In this document: piece by piece, positions 32,517 through 43,687 of the stretch
How positions within the stretch are numbered: position 1 is the stretch's first letter
How the letters are laid out: every line of letters begins with the position of its first letter
The notes under the pieces: model-generated
Seen by the model: the letters and a program-made list of their open reading frames with translations, nothing else
The model's database searches: none
Told to the model about the DNA's origin: nothing
Source: an uncultured Planctomycetota bacterium
GTDB lineage: Bacteria > Planctomycetota > Phycisphaerae > Tepidisphaerales > Tepidisphaeraceae
NCBI GenBank assembly: GCA_963841915.1
Contig: CAWJEN010000005.1
Location: 544,001 to 608,000, forward strand
DNA length: 64,000 nucleotides
Reading direction: 5' to 3'
Translations under genes and position numbers: made by a program

Positions 32517-34259
32517 ATGTTGATGCTCCGGATTCTGTTGCTGTCTTGTCTCCTGATCGCTGCTGGTTGTGCCACGACTTCAAAGGGCGAGCCCGATGGG
32601 TACTTCGGGAACATCATTACCGACGACGGCTATCGCGTGCCGGCCGGCCCGAGCGACGTCAAGCGGGCCTCGGCTGACGGCACCGTCGAGGTCGAGACCG
32701 TCTACAAAGTCACGCCCGTCCACACACGTCTCCCGGCGATCTTCGGCACCCGCATGAAGGCTGCGAAGGTCGGACAGAAGCAGTTCAAGGAAGAATTACT
32801 CGTCCCGCTGCGTTTTGCGTTCTCGACGGTCACCAACAGCGAGAGTGCCATCGTCCGCGAAATCGGGTCAGACGCGTACCTCCGCTACGACGTACGTACC
32901 GGCAAGACAAGCCCCTACAAGTTTGAGACGCTGGGCCTGGTCAAGGCCGGTGTTCGCGGCAAGTCGGGCTACGTCGGCACGACTCGCCAACCCAACGGAC
33001 GATGGACCGTCACGCTGCTCGGCTACGACGCCCGGCCTGTGGCAACGTTGACCGATGTGCGTGACGGTGCCTTTGCCAAGCCGAGTTCCGTGAAGGTGGC
33101 GGCGAGCACGTCGCAGCCGGTCGACTATCTCGACGGCGACGTCTTTGTCGTTCACTTCGACCCGCCGGAGGGGGAACCTTCCTCGGCGATCTATAACCGG
33201 CAGGGCGTGCAGATCACGCCGAGCTTCCCGAGCATCGGCAGGGTGCTCGGCGTGATCGACCCGACGGTAAAGGCGTGGGAACTGGCCCCCAAACACACCG
33301 CGACGCTGCCGCTGGACGACCCGTCGTCGCCGGAGTCCGCCGGGCTCGTCTGGCCGATGCGCGACGACGGCTCGATCGATCCCAAGCCCGAAGGCCTACT
33401 CGGTCTCAAGCCGATGCACCTATTCGGCGTCGAGACCTCGCAGGTCTTCGCCTGGCAGGTTGCATGGCAGACGCCGCAGGGACTTCGGTATGCGATTCAC
33501 CCGCACTTCGTCATCGACCCGGCGGCTCTGCAGGCGACACGCGACAACGCGATCTACACCCGACTCGAGGTCACGGCCCGCACCATGCGCGATGGTGGCA
33601 CCGGCACCAAAACCGTCGTCGCCATCCTCGCGACGCAGGCCCCCAACGCCGACCCGAACGGCCCGTGGCTCGCGATGACGCATTACCAGGACGGCACGCT
33701 GCTGCCGGTCTACGACGAGGCGATGGACTACGACGGCCTTCGGAGAAAGTTGTACGACGACGGCGTCAGCGCGCGGCAAACCGCTTACGAGGCCGACAAG
33801 GCGCGGTATGAACAGGAGATGGCCCGGCTCGAGCGGGAACGGCAGGTTCAGCGTGACCGCGAAGCGGCGATCGTCCAAGCCAGAGAGGCCGAAAGGGCCA
33901 GGATGCGGGACCTGCTGGCGAAGCGATACATCGAGGCGGCCGAACGTGTCGCGTGGACGGTGGATGTCGCGGCCGTCGTAGAAGTGGCTCGGGCGGCACC
34001 GGACGAGGTGAGCCTCAACGCCCTGTCCCGCGCCCGCGCCGCGGCACGAACGACCGAGGAAGCCAAGCGTCTCGACGGCAAGATCTCCTACCGCCAGTAC
34101 CAGGCCGACCAACTCGCCCGCAAGTCGCGGCCTTCGCAGAGCAAGTACGTCGGTTCCGGCTGGAGCCCGCAGAGCATTGCCGACTACAACCGTGACGCCC
34201 ACAAGTCGCGGATGGACTGGATCGAGGGCAAGACGAACGTCTACGTGCCGAATCGTTGA
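32517..34259 (+). CDS. Hypothetical lipoprotein with C-terminal helical/coiled-coil region
   Basis: Lipobox IAAGC after a hydrophobic stretch; long ORF with host-like codon bias. Confidence 0.75.
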   Translation: MLMLRILLLSCLLIAAGCATTSKGEPDGYFGNIITDDGYRVPAGPSDVKRASADGTVEVETVYKVTPVHTRLPAIFGTRMKAAKVGQKQFKEELLVPLRFAFSTVTNSESAIVREIGSDAYLRYDVRTGKTSPYKFETLGLVKAGVRGKSGYVGTTRQPNGRWTVTLLGYDARPVATLTDVRDGAFAKPSSVKVAASTSQPVDYLDGDVFVVHFDPPEGEPSSAIYNRQGVQITPSFPSIGRVLGVIDPTVKAWELAPKHTATLPLDDPSSPESAGLVWPMRDDGSIDPKPEGLLGLKPMHLFGVETSQVFAWQVAWQTPQGLRYAIHPHFVIDPAALQATRDNAIYTRLEVTARTMRDGGTGTKTVVAILATQAPNADPNGPWLAMTHYQDGTLLPVYDEAMDYDGLRRKLYDDGVSARQTAYEADKARYEQEMARLERERQVQRDREAAIVQAREAERARMRDLLAKRYIEAAERVAWTVDVAAVVEVARAAPDEVSLNALSRARAAARTTEEAKRLDGKISYRQYQADQLARKSRPSQSKYVGSGWSPQSIADYNRDAHKSRMDWIEGKTNVYVPNR

Positions 34260-34291
34260 ACCGAACTGCGTGTCGACGCGTCCAACGGTCT

Positions 34292-34984
34292 GTGAACCGC
34301 CTTGCCTTTTGCCTTCTCGCCGTTGCCACGCTCGCCGGGTGCACGGGCGACCGCGCACCGCTGGTTGGTCCCGAGTTCAGCTTCGTCGGCGGGCTCGGTG
34401 CGATGGACCTTGATGAAGAAGGCGGCTTCGAGTCGGCCATCGACGGCCCGCGTTTTGCCGGCCTCGTCGGTATCAGCATCGACACGCCGCTCGGTGACAT
34501 CGACGGCAACGGCTCCGGGCCACGCATCGGCGGGCGACTCCACACGGGCTACAGCCAACGCGACCTCTCCAGCCGCCGTGTCGCCGGCGAGCCGCTACTC
34601 GAAATCGAGGACTATGTCAGCCTCGCCCTCGTCGCGCCGCAGGTCACACTCAGCTACCGCCAATACCTCAGCGGCAACACCTACGACGGCGATGGCCTCT
34701 TCATTGAACCCGGCATCGGTGGAGGACTCGGCTTCGGCATCCTGTCCTTCGGCTCGCGGCTCGACTTCGGCAATGACACGCTTTCCGAGGACATCGACGA
34801 CACGGAAACCAGCACCAGCTACGCCGTCCAGCCGTATCTCCGGCTCGGTTACGAAGGTGAGGCGGCCATCTTCGGCTTCGAGGGCGGCTACCTCATGACG
34901 GGCGTCGACTTTGACGACGACCTCGGCCAAGACGGCACCGTCGCCTACGGCGGCTTGTTTGTCGGCCTGCGAATCGGTAGCTGA
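34292..34984 (+). CDS. Putative outer-membrane beta-barrel protein with lipobox
   Basis: LAGC lipobox; amphipathic strands, C-terminal YGGLFVGLRIG. Confidence 0.65.
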   Translation: MNRLAFCLLAVATLAGCTGDRAPLVGPEFSFVGGLGAMDLDEEGGFESAIDGPRFAGLVGISIDTPLGDIDGNGSGPRIGGRLHTGYSQRDLSSRRVAGEPLLEIEDYVSLALVAPQVTLSYRQYLSGNTYDGDGLFIEPGIGGGLGFGILSFGSRLDFGNDTLSEDIDDTETSTSYAVQPYLRLGYEGEAAIFGFEGGYLMTGVDFDDDLGQDGTVAYGGLFVGLRIGS

Positions 34985-35059
34985 GCCCGAGACGAATCTG
35001 CATCCGTCGCAGATTCTTCTTGTGCGAGCGACCGTCACGCGATAGCTTCGCCCTCGGAG

Positions 35060-35809
35060 ATGAGGCAATACAACCAAAGCGGATCCGCGGGTGTCCGAGG
35101 CTTCAGCCTCATCGAGCTGCTCGTCGTCATCGGCATCATTGCGTTGCTGTTGAGCATCCTGCTGCCAACCCTCACGCGGGCCAAGCAGTCAGCGACCACG
35201 GTCGTGTGTTCGAGCAACCTGCGGCAGATCGGCCAAGCGCTCAACCTCTACGCCAACGACAACGCCGGTCGACTGCCGCAGTGGAGCGGCATTCAACTCC
35301 ACCCTGACGGCGTCGGCCCGCCTGACGCCCCCGGCCTCGGTTGGACGCAGCAGCTCCAAAGCGCCTGGGACAGCGAGCCCACGAGCGATGTCTTCAACTG
35401 CCCGGCATTTCCGCAAGGGGCAGAACACAACTACTTCATGAGCGCCGGCTGGCTCGCGACGCAAACCCCGCCCGAATCGTCGCTGAACCTGCCGACAATT
35501 CGCCAGAGCTCACGGTTCGTGCTGAGCGGCGACGCCGTTAACGAAGGCTTCTATGGCCCGCCCTTCGGCACGTCAGGCGGCGATTTTGTCGACATTGACA
35601 AGGACGACGCCACTCAGGAGATGCTCATCTTCTCCGGCCAGGCGAACGGCATCAACATCCACGAAAACAAGGGACTCGTCACACTCTTTGCCGACGGACA
35701 CGCGGCTCTTTTCAACGCCTTCGACGCCTCGGCCATGACCTTCGACCCCGGCCAGGAGGGCGTGAGCTGGCAGGACCTGCGTTCTGATGACGAGGACGAG
35801 ACGCCATGA
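35060..35809 (+). CDS. Prepilin-type N-terminal cleavage/methylation (DUF1559, H-X9-DG) protein
   Basis: GFSLIELLVVIGIIALLLSILLP, CSSNLRQIG, H...LFADGH. Confidence 0.92.
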   Translation: MRQYNQSGSAGVRGFSLIELLVVIGIIALLLSILLPTLTRAKQSATTVVCSSNLRQIGQALNLYANDNAGRLPQWSGIQLHPDGVGPPDAPGLGWTQQLQSAWDSEPTSDVFNCPAFPQGAEHNYFMSAGWLATQTPPESSLNLPTIRQSSRFVLSGDAVNEGFYGPPFGTSGGDFVDIDKDDATQEMLIFSGQANGINIHENKGLVTLFADGHAALFNAFDASAMTFDPGQEGVSWQDLRSDDEDETP

Positions 35810-36768
35810 TGCAGCAAGACGGAGCCATCGAGCGCACGTCCTCCGTCAACGCGCCAGCCCAGTTGGCCCGTGAGGCTTCGCGGCCGTGGCAGTGGTCGAT
35901 CGCGTCATGGGGACTGATCCTGCTGGGCCCGCTGGCGGCGGTCGCGTTTCTCGTCACGCGACCCGAGCCCGTCGTGACACCTCTGCGGACGATGTCACGT
36001 GATGCTCTTCAGCGAAACATCAAGCAACAGACGCGCGACGGCCGGCCAATGGTGCGGAACCTTTCGGTCACGCCTTTACCAGGGAACAGCGGTCATCGCC
36101 TGACCGGTGAGCGACTGCCGGATCGGCGATCACGAGAGACGACGCCCTACTCCACCTTTGAGCTAGTGGTGCCGCTCGGTGGAACGGTCTGGCAGGAGCC
36201 GCCACCCGAAGGGTTGGGCGGGCGAGCGCTGCAGGCGTGGATTCGAGGCGACGAGCCACGCCTCTTGGCGAACGGACAGCCCCTGGAGCTGCCGACGTAT
36301 CTCGAAACGGTCGACGTGCCATTTGAGATGCAGGCGGCGGCAGACGATTCGTGGCAGTGGGTCGTGCCCTTGCTGACCGGCCTCGCCGCCGGCCTGAGCC
36401 TGGCGGGCGTCTCCCGTCTCGTCGGCGGCCCGCGTGAAGGCGGTTTCGGCTTCGGCGACTTGTCAAAAGTGAAAAATCCTGAGCCGACCAAGGTCGACCT
36501 CGCCGCCATCGCCGCAGAACAACGGGCCAAAGCGGCAGAACTCGATTCGTACCTCGACACCGTCGTCGTCGCCGGCGGCAGCGAACCCGAAGACGCCGAC
36601 GAGCCCGCCGAGCAAACCGAAGGGCAGACACCAACAACACCCGCCAAGCAGCCGCCTCGCCAACTCACGCAAGACGCAGCCCCGCGGTACGCACCCGCAG
36701 CCAAAGCGGACGCCAGCTACGACGGCGGCGAGTTCTACCCGACAGCCGTCGGATCAAAGCGATCGTGA
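35806..36768 (+). CDS. Hypothetical two-TM membrane protein, coupled to the prepilin gene
   Basis: ATGA overlap; two hydrophobic helices; C-terminal YDGGEFYP. Confidence 0.7.
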   Translation: MMQQDGAIERTSSVNAPAQLAREASRPWQWSIASWGLILLGPLAAVAFLVTRPEPVVTPLRTMSRDALQRNIKQQTRDGRPMVRNLSVTPLPGNSGHRLTGERLPDRRSRETTPYSTFELVVPLGGTVWQEPPPEGLGGRALQAWIRGDEPRLLANGQPLELPTYLETVDVPFEMQAAADDSWQWVVPLLTGLAAGLSLAGVSRLVGGPREGGFGFGDLSKVKNPEPTKVDLAAIAAEQRAKAAELDSYLDTVVVAGGSEPEDADEPAEQTEGQTPTTPAKQPPRQLTQDAAPRYAPAAKADASYDGGEFYPTAVGSKRS

Positions 36769-36795
36769 CAGGTACGTCGTCTCTGTGGACGTGAT

Positions 36796-37365
36796 CTACT
36801 TGAAGTTGAACGTCTCGACGAGCCACGTCCCGTTGCCGGCGTCTCGGACTGTCACTTCGAAGATGTTCGTGCGGCCGTCCGACCAAGTCATGGTGCCGCC
36901 GAACTTCCAGCGGCTGACACCGTTCACGATCTCGGTAGAGATGCTCGTGACCGAGAGGTCGACCAGCGTGCCGTACGGCTCAAAGTAGTCGATGGCCTTC
37001 TGCAGGTCGGCCGACGGCATGTTGGCATCAGAGGCGGCCGTCGCTTCGTTAAAGTCACCGGCGGCGACGTGCTCGACGAACGCCCGTGCCGCCAGCCGCG
37101 GCTCGTCACTATTGGCGTAAACCTGCCAGCTGATGAAGCCGATGGCCGACCAGCCCGCAAGCCCGACCAGACTCAGCACGATGGCTGCGATGGCAAACCC
37201 GCGGCCTCGCACCATCGGCGAGGCTGTGTTGCGAAAGCCGATGATGCCGAACACGAGACCGACAACGCTTGTCACGACCGGGATGCAGCCGAGCAGCGAG
37301 ACGACGAAGCCGGTCATCGCCGACTTGCTCATCCGCGGAGGCTGCGTCGGTTCGTATGGCTGCAT
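36796..37365 (-). CDS. DUF4190 domain membrane protein
   Basis: SAMTGFVVSLLG...GIIG...RGRGFAIAAIVLS. Confidence 0.82.
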   Translation of the reverse strand: MQPYEPTQPPRMSKSAMTGFVVSLLGCIPVVTSVVGLVFGIIGFRNTASPMVRGRGFAIAAIVLSLVGLAGWSAIGFISWQVYANSDEPRLAARAFVEHVAAGDFNEATAASDANMPSADLQKAIDYFEPYGTLVDLSVTSISTEIVNGVSRWKFGGTMTWSDGRTNIFEVTVRDAGNGTWLVETFNFK

Positions 37366-37383
37366 GGCGTCAGCCTACCGAGG

Positions 37384-38400
37384 TCAGTGCTTCAGCACCA
37401 ACCGATACCGCGGGCTGCCGTTGCGGAGCTTTTCGAAGGCGTCGTTGATGTCGCCGAAAGCGAACGTCTCGGTAATCGGGGCAATGTTGTTGCGGGCGGC
37501 AAAGTCGAGCATGTCGCGCGTCGTCGCCGGGTCGCCCAGCGGGCTGCCGGCCAGGCTCTTTTGACCGGCGATGAGGGCGAACGTGTTGCTGACGCCGAAG
37601 TCCGGGGCGACGCCGACGCTGTGCAGCGAGCCGCCGGGGGCGAGGGCTTCGACGTACTGCTCCCAAGGCAGCTTGGCGGCGGCGGTGTTGATGATCAGGT
37701 CGAACTTACCTGTCACCTTCTTCATCGCGCCTTCGTCCTTGGCGTTGACGAAATCGTCGGCACCCATCTCGCGGGCTTCGCCTTCCTTGTCAGGCGTCGT
37801 GCTGAAAGCGGTGACGTCGCAGCCCATCTTGTCAGCGAACTGGATCGCCAGGTGCCCGAGTCCGCCGATGCCGATGACGCCGACGCGGCTGGTGCAGGTG
37901 ATGTGGTGCTGGCGGAAGGGCGTGAACGCCGTGATGCCGCCACAGAACATCGGGCCCAGCTTCTGAACCGTATCGGCGTCGAAGCCTTCGGGAATCGGCG
38001 TGGCCCAGACCCAGTTGCACCGCACTCGGTCGGCAAACCCGCCGTGCCGGCCGACGATGGTCTGCTCGTTGTTCACGCAGCGGTTGTGGGCGCCCTTGAG
38101 GCACTGCATGCAGTGCGTGCACGCGTAGCTGTACCAGCCGAGGCCGACCCGCTGGCCTTCCTTGAGTTCGGGCACATTTTCACCAAGGGCGGCGATGGTG
38201 CCGATGACTTCGTGCCCGCCGACGAACGGGTACTGGCTCATGCCCCACTCGTTGTCGAGCATGGACAGGTCGCTGTGGCAGACGCCGCACGACTCGACCT
38301 TAATCTCGACTTGCCCGGGCTTGAGGTCGCCGGGGTCGTACTCGAAGGGCTTGAGCTCGCCCTTGGCTTCATCGGCGGCAAATGCGTGGAATGTCGGCAT
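37384..38400 (-). CDS. Zn-dependent NAD(P) alcohol dehydrogenase (CAD/Ahr-like)
   Basis: CGVCHSD, GGHEVIG, structural-Zn cysteines, GIGGLGHLA. Confidence 0.94.
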   Translation of the reverse strand: MPTFHAFAADEAKGELKPFEYDPGDLKPGQVEIKVESCGVCHSDLSMLDNEWGMSQYPFVGGHEVIGTIAALGENVPELKEGQRVGLGWYSYACTHCMQCLKGAHNRCVNNEQTIVGRHGGFADRVRCNWVWATPIPEGFDADTVQKLGPMFCGGITAFTPFRQHHITCTSRVGVIGIGGLGHLAIQFADKMGCDVTAFSTTPDKEGEAREMGADDFVNAKDEGAMKKVTGKFDLIINTAAAKLPWEQYVEALAPGGSLHSVGVAPDFGVSNTFALIAGQKSLAGSPLGDPATTRDMLDFAARNNIAPITETFAFGDINDAFEKLRNGSPRYRLVLKH

Positions 38401-38563
38401 AGGGCCGAGCCTATCGACGGCGACCGTGCTTCTACAAGGGTCAAAGCTTTGACGCGGCAACCATGCGGGCATCGTGAACTGCAGCGACCCGGAGCCGCCG
38501 TCCCTCGTGACTTGCACCCGTTTACCTTGAAAGTCGACCGTGCCGCCACGACTACGGTCGGAC

Positions 38564-39217
38564 GTGCCTGATCGACCCATGCGCATCGTCGTCGCGATCA
38601 CCGGCGCAAGCGGCGCGCTCTACGCTCAACGGTTCATCGCCGGCTTGCTGTCGGCGGGTGTCGAGACGCACCTCGTCGTCTCGCCACTCGGACGCCGACT
38701 GCTCAGCGACGAGATCGGCATCAAAAAGCTCGATGAGCAGTCGCTTGGCCAACTGGCCGACGGCGACGCGAGCCTGTTGACGCTTCACAACTACAACGAC
38801 GTCGGCAGCGTCCTGGCCAGCGGCTCGTTCCTGCACAATGGCATGGTCATCATTCCGGCGAGCGGCAATACGTTGGCCGAAGTCGCAGCCGGCTTAGGCG
38901 GCAACCTCATCGCGCGGGCCGCGTCGGTCTGCTTGAAGGAGAGCCGGCGACTCATCATCTGCCACCGCGAGATGCCGCCGAGTGCTATCGACGTGCGCAA
39001 CTACAAGACGCTCAGCGACGCGGGCGTGATCCTGGCGTCGCCGAATCCCGGGTTTTACCTCAACCCGACAACAGTCGAGGAGGTCGTCGACTTCGTCGCC
39101 GCCAAGCTGCTCGACCTCGTCGGCGTCGAGCACACCATCGGCGGCCGGTGGGATCCCGACGAGCCGCGACCGCCGCTCCGGTACGTCAACGGCACGCTGC
39201 AGGTCGTTGACGCGTAA
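38564..39217 (+). CDS. ubiX: Flavin prenyltransferase UbiX
   Basis: VAITGASGA, ASGSF, RAASVCLKE, PGFYLNP. Confidence 0.92.
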   Translation: MPDRPMRIVVAITGASGALYAQRFIAGLLSAGVETHLVVSPLGRRLLSDEIGIKKLDEQSLGQLADGDASLLTLHNYNDVGSVLASGSFLHNGMVIIPASGNTLAEVAAGLGGNLIARAASVCLKESRRLIICHREMPPSAIDVRNYKTLSDAGVILASPNPGFYLNPTTVEEVVDFVAAKLLDLVGVEHTIGGRWDPDEPRPPLRYVNGTLQVVDA

Positions 39218-39233
39218 GTCCACTGACTACTGG

Positions 39234-40751
39234 TTAAATCCCGTAGAAGTGCCCGAGTTTCCGCTCGAGGTGGTCGATCAGCGGCTGCACGGTCGGCGCT
39301 TTGCCGGTCGCTTTTTCGACAAGCTGGCGTGCCTCGAACCGACTGCCGTGCTGGTGGACGTTGTCGATGAGCCACGACAAGAGCGGTTCAAACTCGCCGC
39401 GGGCGTACATGGCGTCGCGCTCGGTTTCGCCGCCGAGGGCGTCGGTCGCCGCTTCGTACAGACAGGCCGAGTAGACGTTGCCCAGGGTGTACGTCGGGAA
39501 GTAACCGAGCAAACCGGCCGACCAGTGAACGTCCTGCAGACAGCCGTTGGCGTGGCGGTCGGGCTCGATGCCGAGATACTCCTTGAGCTTCTCGGCCCAT
39601 GCCCCCGGCAGATCCGCCACCGCAAGGTCGCCTAACAGCAGCGCCCGCTCGATCTCGAAGCGCAGCAGAACGTGCAGATTATAAGTGGCCTCGTCACTTT
39701 CCGTGCGGATGAAGCTCGGCCGTACGTCATTGACGGCAAAGACGAAGTCTTCGCGATCGACCCCATTCAAGGCTTCGGGAAACAAATCGACAGCGATCGG
39801 GAAGAAGTGCTGCCAGAACGCGTCGCCGCGACCGACGAGGTTTTCCCAAAGGCGGCTCTGGCTCTCGTGGATGCCGAGCGAGACGCTGTCGGCCAGGGCG
39901 GTGCCGAAATGGTCAGCCTTGGGAAGATTCTGCTCGTAGAGGGCGTGCCCGGTTTCGTGCAGGGTCGAGAAGAACGAATTGCCGAGGTCACGTTCGTCGA
40001 ACCGCGTGGTCATGCGGGTGTCACCCGGACCCAGGCCGGTGCAGAACGGATGGACGGCTGTGTCGAGTCGGCCGGCGTCGAAGTCGAAGCCGAACGCTGT
40101 CGCCGCTCGGCGGCTCAATTCGAGCTGCTCGGCAACCGGGTAGCGGCGGGCCAGCAGCTCATGATCAGGCGCTTTTCCCGACGACTTCACGCGGCCGACG
40201 AGGTCGACGAGCGGGCCCTTGAGCTGGGCGAAGACGTCGTCGAGGTACGCAGGCGATTCGCCCGGCTCGTAGTCGTCGAGCAAGGCGGCATAGAGGTCGC
40301 CGTTGTCACCGTTGACGCACTTGGCCTCCTGCCGCTTGAGGTCGAGCATGTGCTCGAGGCTCGGACGAAACGCTTCGAAGTCGTCGTTCTTGCGGGCTTT
40401 GACCCATGTGGCGTGGCCCTCGACTTCGGCACGTGCCAGCGCCTCGACCAGCGAAGCGGGCAGTTTGGTCGCACGATCAAAGTGTCGACGGGCATGACGG
40501 GCGACGACGGCATCATCGCCCTGCGGGTCACCGGCCTCGACGGCCGCAATGGCGTCGCCGAGCTCTCTGCTGGTAGAACTGGCGTGCGACAGGCCTGCCA
40601 TGAGCGACATCTGGTCGGCCCGCAGGGCGGTGCCTGCGTCGGGCAGTTGGGTCTGCTCGTCCCAGCCAATCGTCGAGCCGACGCTGCTGAGCGTGGCCTT
40701 CTTACGGAGCAGCGAGCGCAGGTTGTGAATCGGCGTGGTGTTGTCGCTCAT
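39234..40751 (-). CDS. Carboxypeptidase M32 (Taq-type)
   Basis: HPFC, HETGHALYEQ, HESQSRLWEN, GCLQDVHW, GYFPTYTLG. Confidence 0.95.
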   Translation of the reverse strand: MSDNTTPIHNLRSLLRKKATLSSVGSTIGWDEQTQLPDAGTALRADQMSLMAGLSHASSTSRELGDAIAAVEAGDPQGDDAVVARHARRHFDRATKLPASLVEALARAEVEGHATWVKARKNDDFEAFRPSLEHMLDLKRQEAKCVNGDNGDLYAALLDDYEPGESPAYLDDVFAQLKGPLVDLVGRVKSSGKAPDHELLARRYPVAEQLELSRRAATAFGFDFDAGRLDTAVHPFCTGLGPGDTRMTTRFDERDLGNSFFSTLHETGHALYEQNLPKADHFGTALADSVSLGIHESQSRLWENLVGRGDAFWQHFFPIAVDLFPEALNGVDREDFVFAVNDVRPSFIRTESDEATYNLHVLLRFEIERALLLGDLAVADLPGAWAEKLKEYLGIEPDRHANGCLQDVHWSAGLLGYFPTYTLGNVYSACLYEAATDALGGETERDAMYARGEFEPLLSWLIDNVHQHGSRFEARQLVEKATGKAPTVQPLIDHLERKLGHFYGI

Positions 40752-40870
40752 GGTCGCTAACATACGCGACCTGCGGCCGCGTCCGGTCGCGGCATGACCC
40801 CTTACCAGCGCCCCAGTCCGACGTCGGCCGCGACACTCGTCGATCGGCCAAACAACTCAAATCCGTGACT

Positions 40871-42715
40871 ATGTCTGATTCGTCCCCCACCACGCCGGCC
40901 ACTCCCGCCGAAACACCCGCCGCTCCGCAAACTGACGCCGGTCAAGGCGAATCGACACCTGCTGTCGATGTCATGGACAAGACCGACGCGTCGCACTCGA
41001 CCGCTGCCCACGACGGCAACGAAGGCCCGACCAATCCGACGACACCCGGCGATGCCGAGCCCGAGGCCAACCTGCAGGTCGGCGTCGTCGGCGGGACAGT
41101 CCCGACGAAGCGGTCCGAACCTCAGGAAAAGCGGGACAATCGCCCTGGCCAGAATCGCGGCAGCAGCGACACACGGCGCGACGTGCCCAAGGCCGACCCG
41201 GCGACGGACCTGCCGTCGCTACCTGAACGCGAAGACAAGGCCAAGCAGGCCAAGGCCGCGGCGGACGTCGATGCCGAAATCGAGGCCGCCCTCGGCGATG
41301 CCGACATCGGCGCGATGCTCGACGAGTCGGCAGAAACCAGCGGCGTCGGCGACGCCAACCTTCGCGGCACCCAGGCCGGCACGGTCACACGCGTCGATCT
41401 GAGCAAAGGCGAGATCCTCGTCGACCTCGGCGGCAAGCACCAGGTCGTCGTGCCCAGCAAGCAATTCGATCCCGTTCCGAGCGAGGGCGAATTCGTCGAG
41501 ATCGACATCGAGGGCTACGACGCCTCAGACGGCATCTACAAAGGCCATCGAAAGGGTGCCGCCCGCAAGATCGGCGCGTGGGAAGAGCTCAAGGTCGGCC
41601 AGGTTGTCGAAGCAACCGTTACCGGCATGAACAAGGGCGGCCTCGAGTGCCGCGTGGGGCAGACGGCGATCCGGGCGTTCATGCCAAGCGGCCAGGTCGA
41701 CGTCGAGTTCCACAAGGATTTGAGCGTTTTCCTGAACGAAAAGGTCCAGGCCCGCATCACGAAGCTCGATCGGGCCGACCGAAACGTCGTGCTGAGCCGT
41801 CGCGCGGTCGTCGAGAAGGAGCGTCGCGAAGCCCGCGGCAAGACGCTGGCGACCCTCGAAGAGGGCGCGATGATGAAGGGTATCGTCAAGACGGTCAAGG
41901 ACTTCGGCGCCTTTGTCGACCTCGGCGGCGTCGACGGGCTGCTGCACGTCACGCAGCTGACACACAAGCGAATGGCCAACGCGGGCGACTTCATCAAAGA
42001 AGGCGACGAGGTCGAAGTGCGTGTCGACAAGATTGAGAAAGGCGGCAAGGGCGGGGCCAAGGTCGCCTTGTCGCTGAGTCACCGTCCGCCCAATCCGTGG
42101 GAGCAGGCCGAAACCAAGTACGCCGTTGGCACGCAGGTCACGGGCCGCGTGACGCGGGTCGAGAACTTCGGCTGCTTCGTCGAGCTCGAAGAGGGCATCG
42201 AGGCTTTGCTGCCGGCCAGTGAAATGGGCTGGTCCCGCATCCGCCACCCCAGCGAAGTGACCAACGTCGGCGAGCAGCTTCGCCTGATGGTCATCGAGAT
42301 TCAGCCCAAGGCCCGCAAGATGGCCTTAAGCCTCAAGCAGAGCCAGGGCGACCCGTGGAGCCAGGCCGCCTCCAAGTACACGGCCAACAGCGTCCACCGC
42401 GGCAAGGTCACGCGGACCGCCGACTTCGGTGCTTTTGTCGAGCTCGAGCCGGGCGTCGAGGGCCTCATCCACATCAGCGAGCTCGCCAACGAACGCGTCA
42501 GGCGGACCGAGGACATCGTCCAGTTCGGCAGCGAGGTCAACGCCCGCGTGCTCGAAGTCGACAGTGAAAAGCGCCGCCTTCGACTCAGCCTCAAGCAACG
42601 CGACGAAGCTGCAGAACGTCTCTCGGCGGCAGAAACTGCAAAACGAGAACAGACGAAACAGCACCGCGAAAAACGACTCTCCAAGAAGCCGCTGAAGGGC
42701 GGACTCGACTTCTGA
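40871..42715 (+). CDS. Ribosomal protein S1-like protein with ~5 S1 domains and a disordered N-terminus (probable rpsA paralog)
   Basis: Repeated [41 protein letters not shown]-terminus. Confidence 0.88.
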   Translation: MSDSSPTTPATPAETPAAPQTDAGQGESTPAVDVMDKTDASHSTAAHDGNEGPTNPTTPGDAEPEANLQVGVVGGTVPTKRSEPQEKRDNRPGQNRGSSDTRRDVPKADPATDLPSLPEREDKAKQAKAAADVDAEIEAALGDADIGAMLDESAETSGVGDANLRGTQAGTVTRVDLSKGEILVDLGGKHQVVVPSKQFDPVPSEGEFVEIDIEGYDASDGIYKGHRKGAARKIGAWEELKVGQVVEATVTGMNKGGLECRVGQTAIRAFMPSGQVDVEFHKDLSVFLNEKVQARITKLDRADRNVVLSRRAVVEKERREARGKTLATLEEGAMMKGIVKTVKDFGAFVDLGGVDGLLHVTQLTHKRMANAGDFIKEGDEVEVRVDKIEKGGKGGAKVALSLSHRPPNPWEQAETKYAVGTQVTGRVTRVENFGCFVELEEGIEALLPASEMGWSRIRHPSEVTNVGEQLRLMVIEIQPKARKMALSLKQSQGDPWSQAASKYTANSVHRGKVTRTADFGAFVELEPGVEGLIHISELANERVRRTEDIVQFGSEVNARVLEVDSEKRRLRLSLKQRDEAAERLSAAETAKREQTKQHREKRLSKKPLKGGLDF

Positions 42716-42771
42716 GTTGATTTGTCGTCGGCGTTCATTCTTGGTTTAACTTCTACAGTTTCTACTGCAGG

Positions 42772-42807
42772 AAAGTGCGATCGCCGCCGTACGCGGCGAT
42801 GTACTTT
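42772..42807 (+). terminator. Probable terminator hairpin after the S1 gene
   Basis: AAAGTGC-G-ATCGCCGC/GCGGCGAT-GTACTTT stem; overlaps a second TTTGCGC/GCGCAAA hairpin (42805-42824). Confidence 0.45.
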
Positions 42808-42890
42808 GCGCTACATTGCGCAAATCGAGCTCGCCGCGGGGACAAAAATCACGTTGGCGGCCGCCGCGGCGCAGCGCAGCCGGGCAGGTC

Positions 42891-43202
42891 ATGCCACCTT
42901 GCTCGACTTCACCGCCTTGTCTTTCGCTCACCTCTCTGCCGCACCGCCTCGTGGTGGTGCGTTCGCTGCTGCTTCTCGGGCTGATCAGCCTCGTCTCGGC
43001 CGGTTGCTACCGCCGCGTCTCGTATGCCTCGCCGGAGGGGCGCAAGGTCGAGGTCGTCAACCTCGGCTTTGACACCGAGATCGGCAGCCTCCACGCCGAG
43101 ACCGCCGAGGGCAGTGTCACGATCGAAGGGGCGTCGTCGCAATCCGCCGTCGCCAGCAAGCTCGTCGACCTCGCCACCGAGCTGGCCAGGGAGGCACGAT
43201 GA
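42891..43202 (+). CDS. Small lipoprotein (start uncertain: ATG 42891 or GTG 42951-42957)
   Basis: RSLLLLGLISLVSAGC lipobox; ATGA overlap with the next gene. Confidence 0.7.
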   Translation: MPPCSTSPPCLSLTSLPHRLVVVRSLLLLGLISLVSAGCYRRVSYASPEGRKVEVVNLGFDTEIGSLHAETAEGSVTIEGASSQSAVASKLVDLATELAREAR

Positions 43203-43687
43203 GCGCACTTGTCCACCTTGGCTTCTACCGAGGCCGCGACGACGGCGATCTGCTCGACCGCCTCATCGCCGCCCATGATGCCGGGCCGTACAGCCATGTC
43301 GAGCTCGTCTTTTCGCCATCGCCCCGCATCGGCCGACCGCTCTGCTGTTCCAGCTCGTTCCGCGACGGTGGCGTCCGGTTCAAGCACCTTCGGCTCGGCG
43401 GTGAGCAGGCCCACCTGTGGGACGTGCTGCCCGTGCCCGTCTCGCCGCGCGACGTGAGCGAGTTGCACAGCTTCTGCCGTGACCACGTGGGCGGCCGTTA
43501 CGACTACCTCGGCGTGCTGGCGTTCAAGATCCCGCTGCTCCGCCACAAGCTCAACTGGTGGTTCTGCAGTGAATTCGTCGTCGCCGCCCTGCAGCGAGCT
43601 GGCCGGCTCTCGCTGTTCGAGCCGAGCCGCCTGACCCCCAACGGCCTGTTTCGCCTGCTTCAGGAAGGACCTTCATGCAAGACCTGA
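43199..43687 (+). CDS. Permuted papain-like (YiiX/YaeF, NlpC/P60 superfamily) amidase/peptidase, phage-type
   Basis: His before Cys order: YSHVELV ... GRYDYLG ... WFCSEFV ... LTPNGL. Confidence 0.82.
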   Translation: MSALVHLGFYRGRDDGDLLDRLIAAHDAGPYSHVELVFSPSPRIGRPLCCSSSFRDGGVRFKHLRLGGEQAHLWDVLPVPVSPRDVSELHSFCRDHVGGRYDYLGVLAFKIPLLRHKLNWWFCSEFVVAALQRAGRLSLFEPSRLTPNGLFRLLQEGPSCKT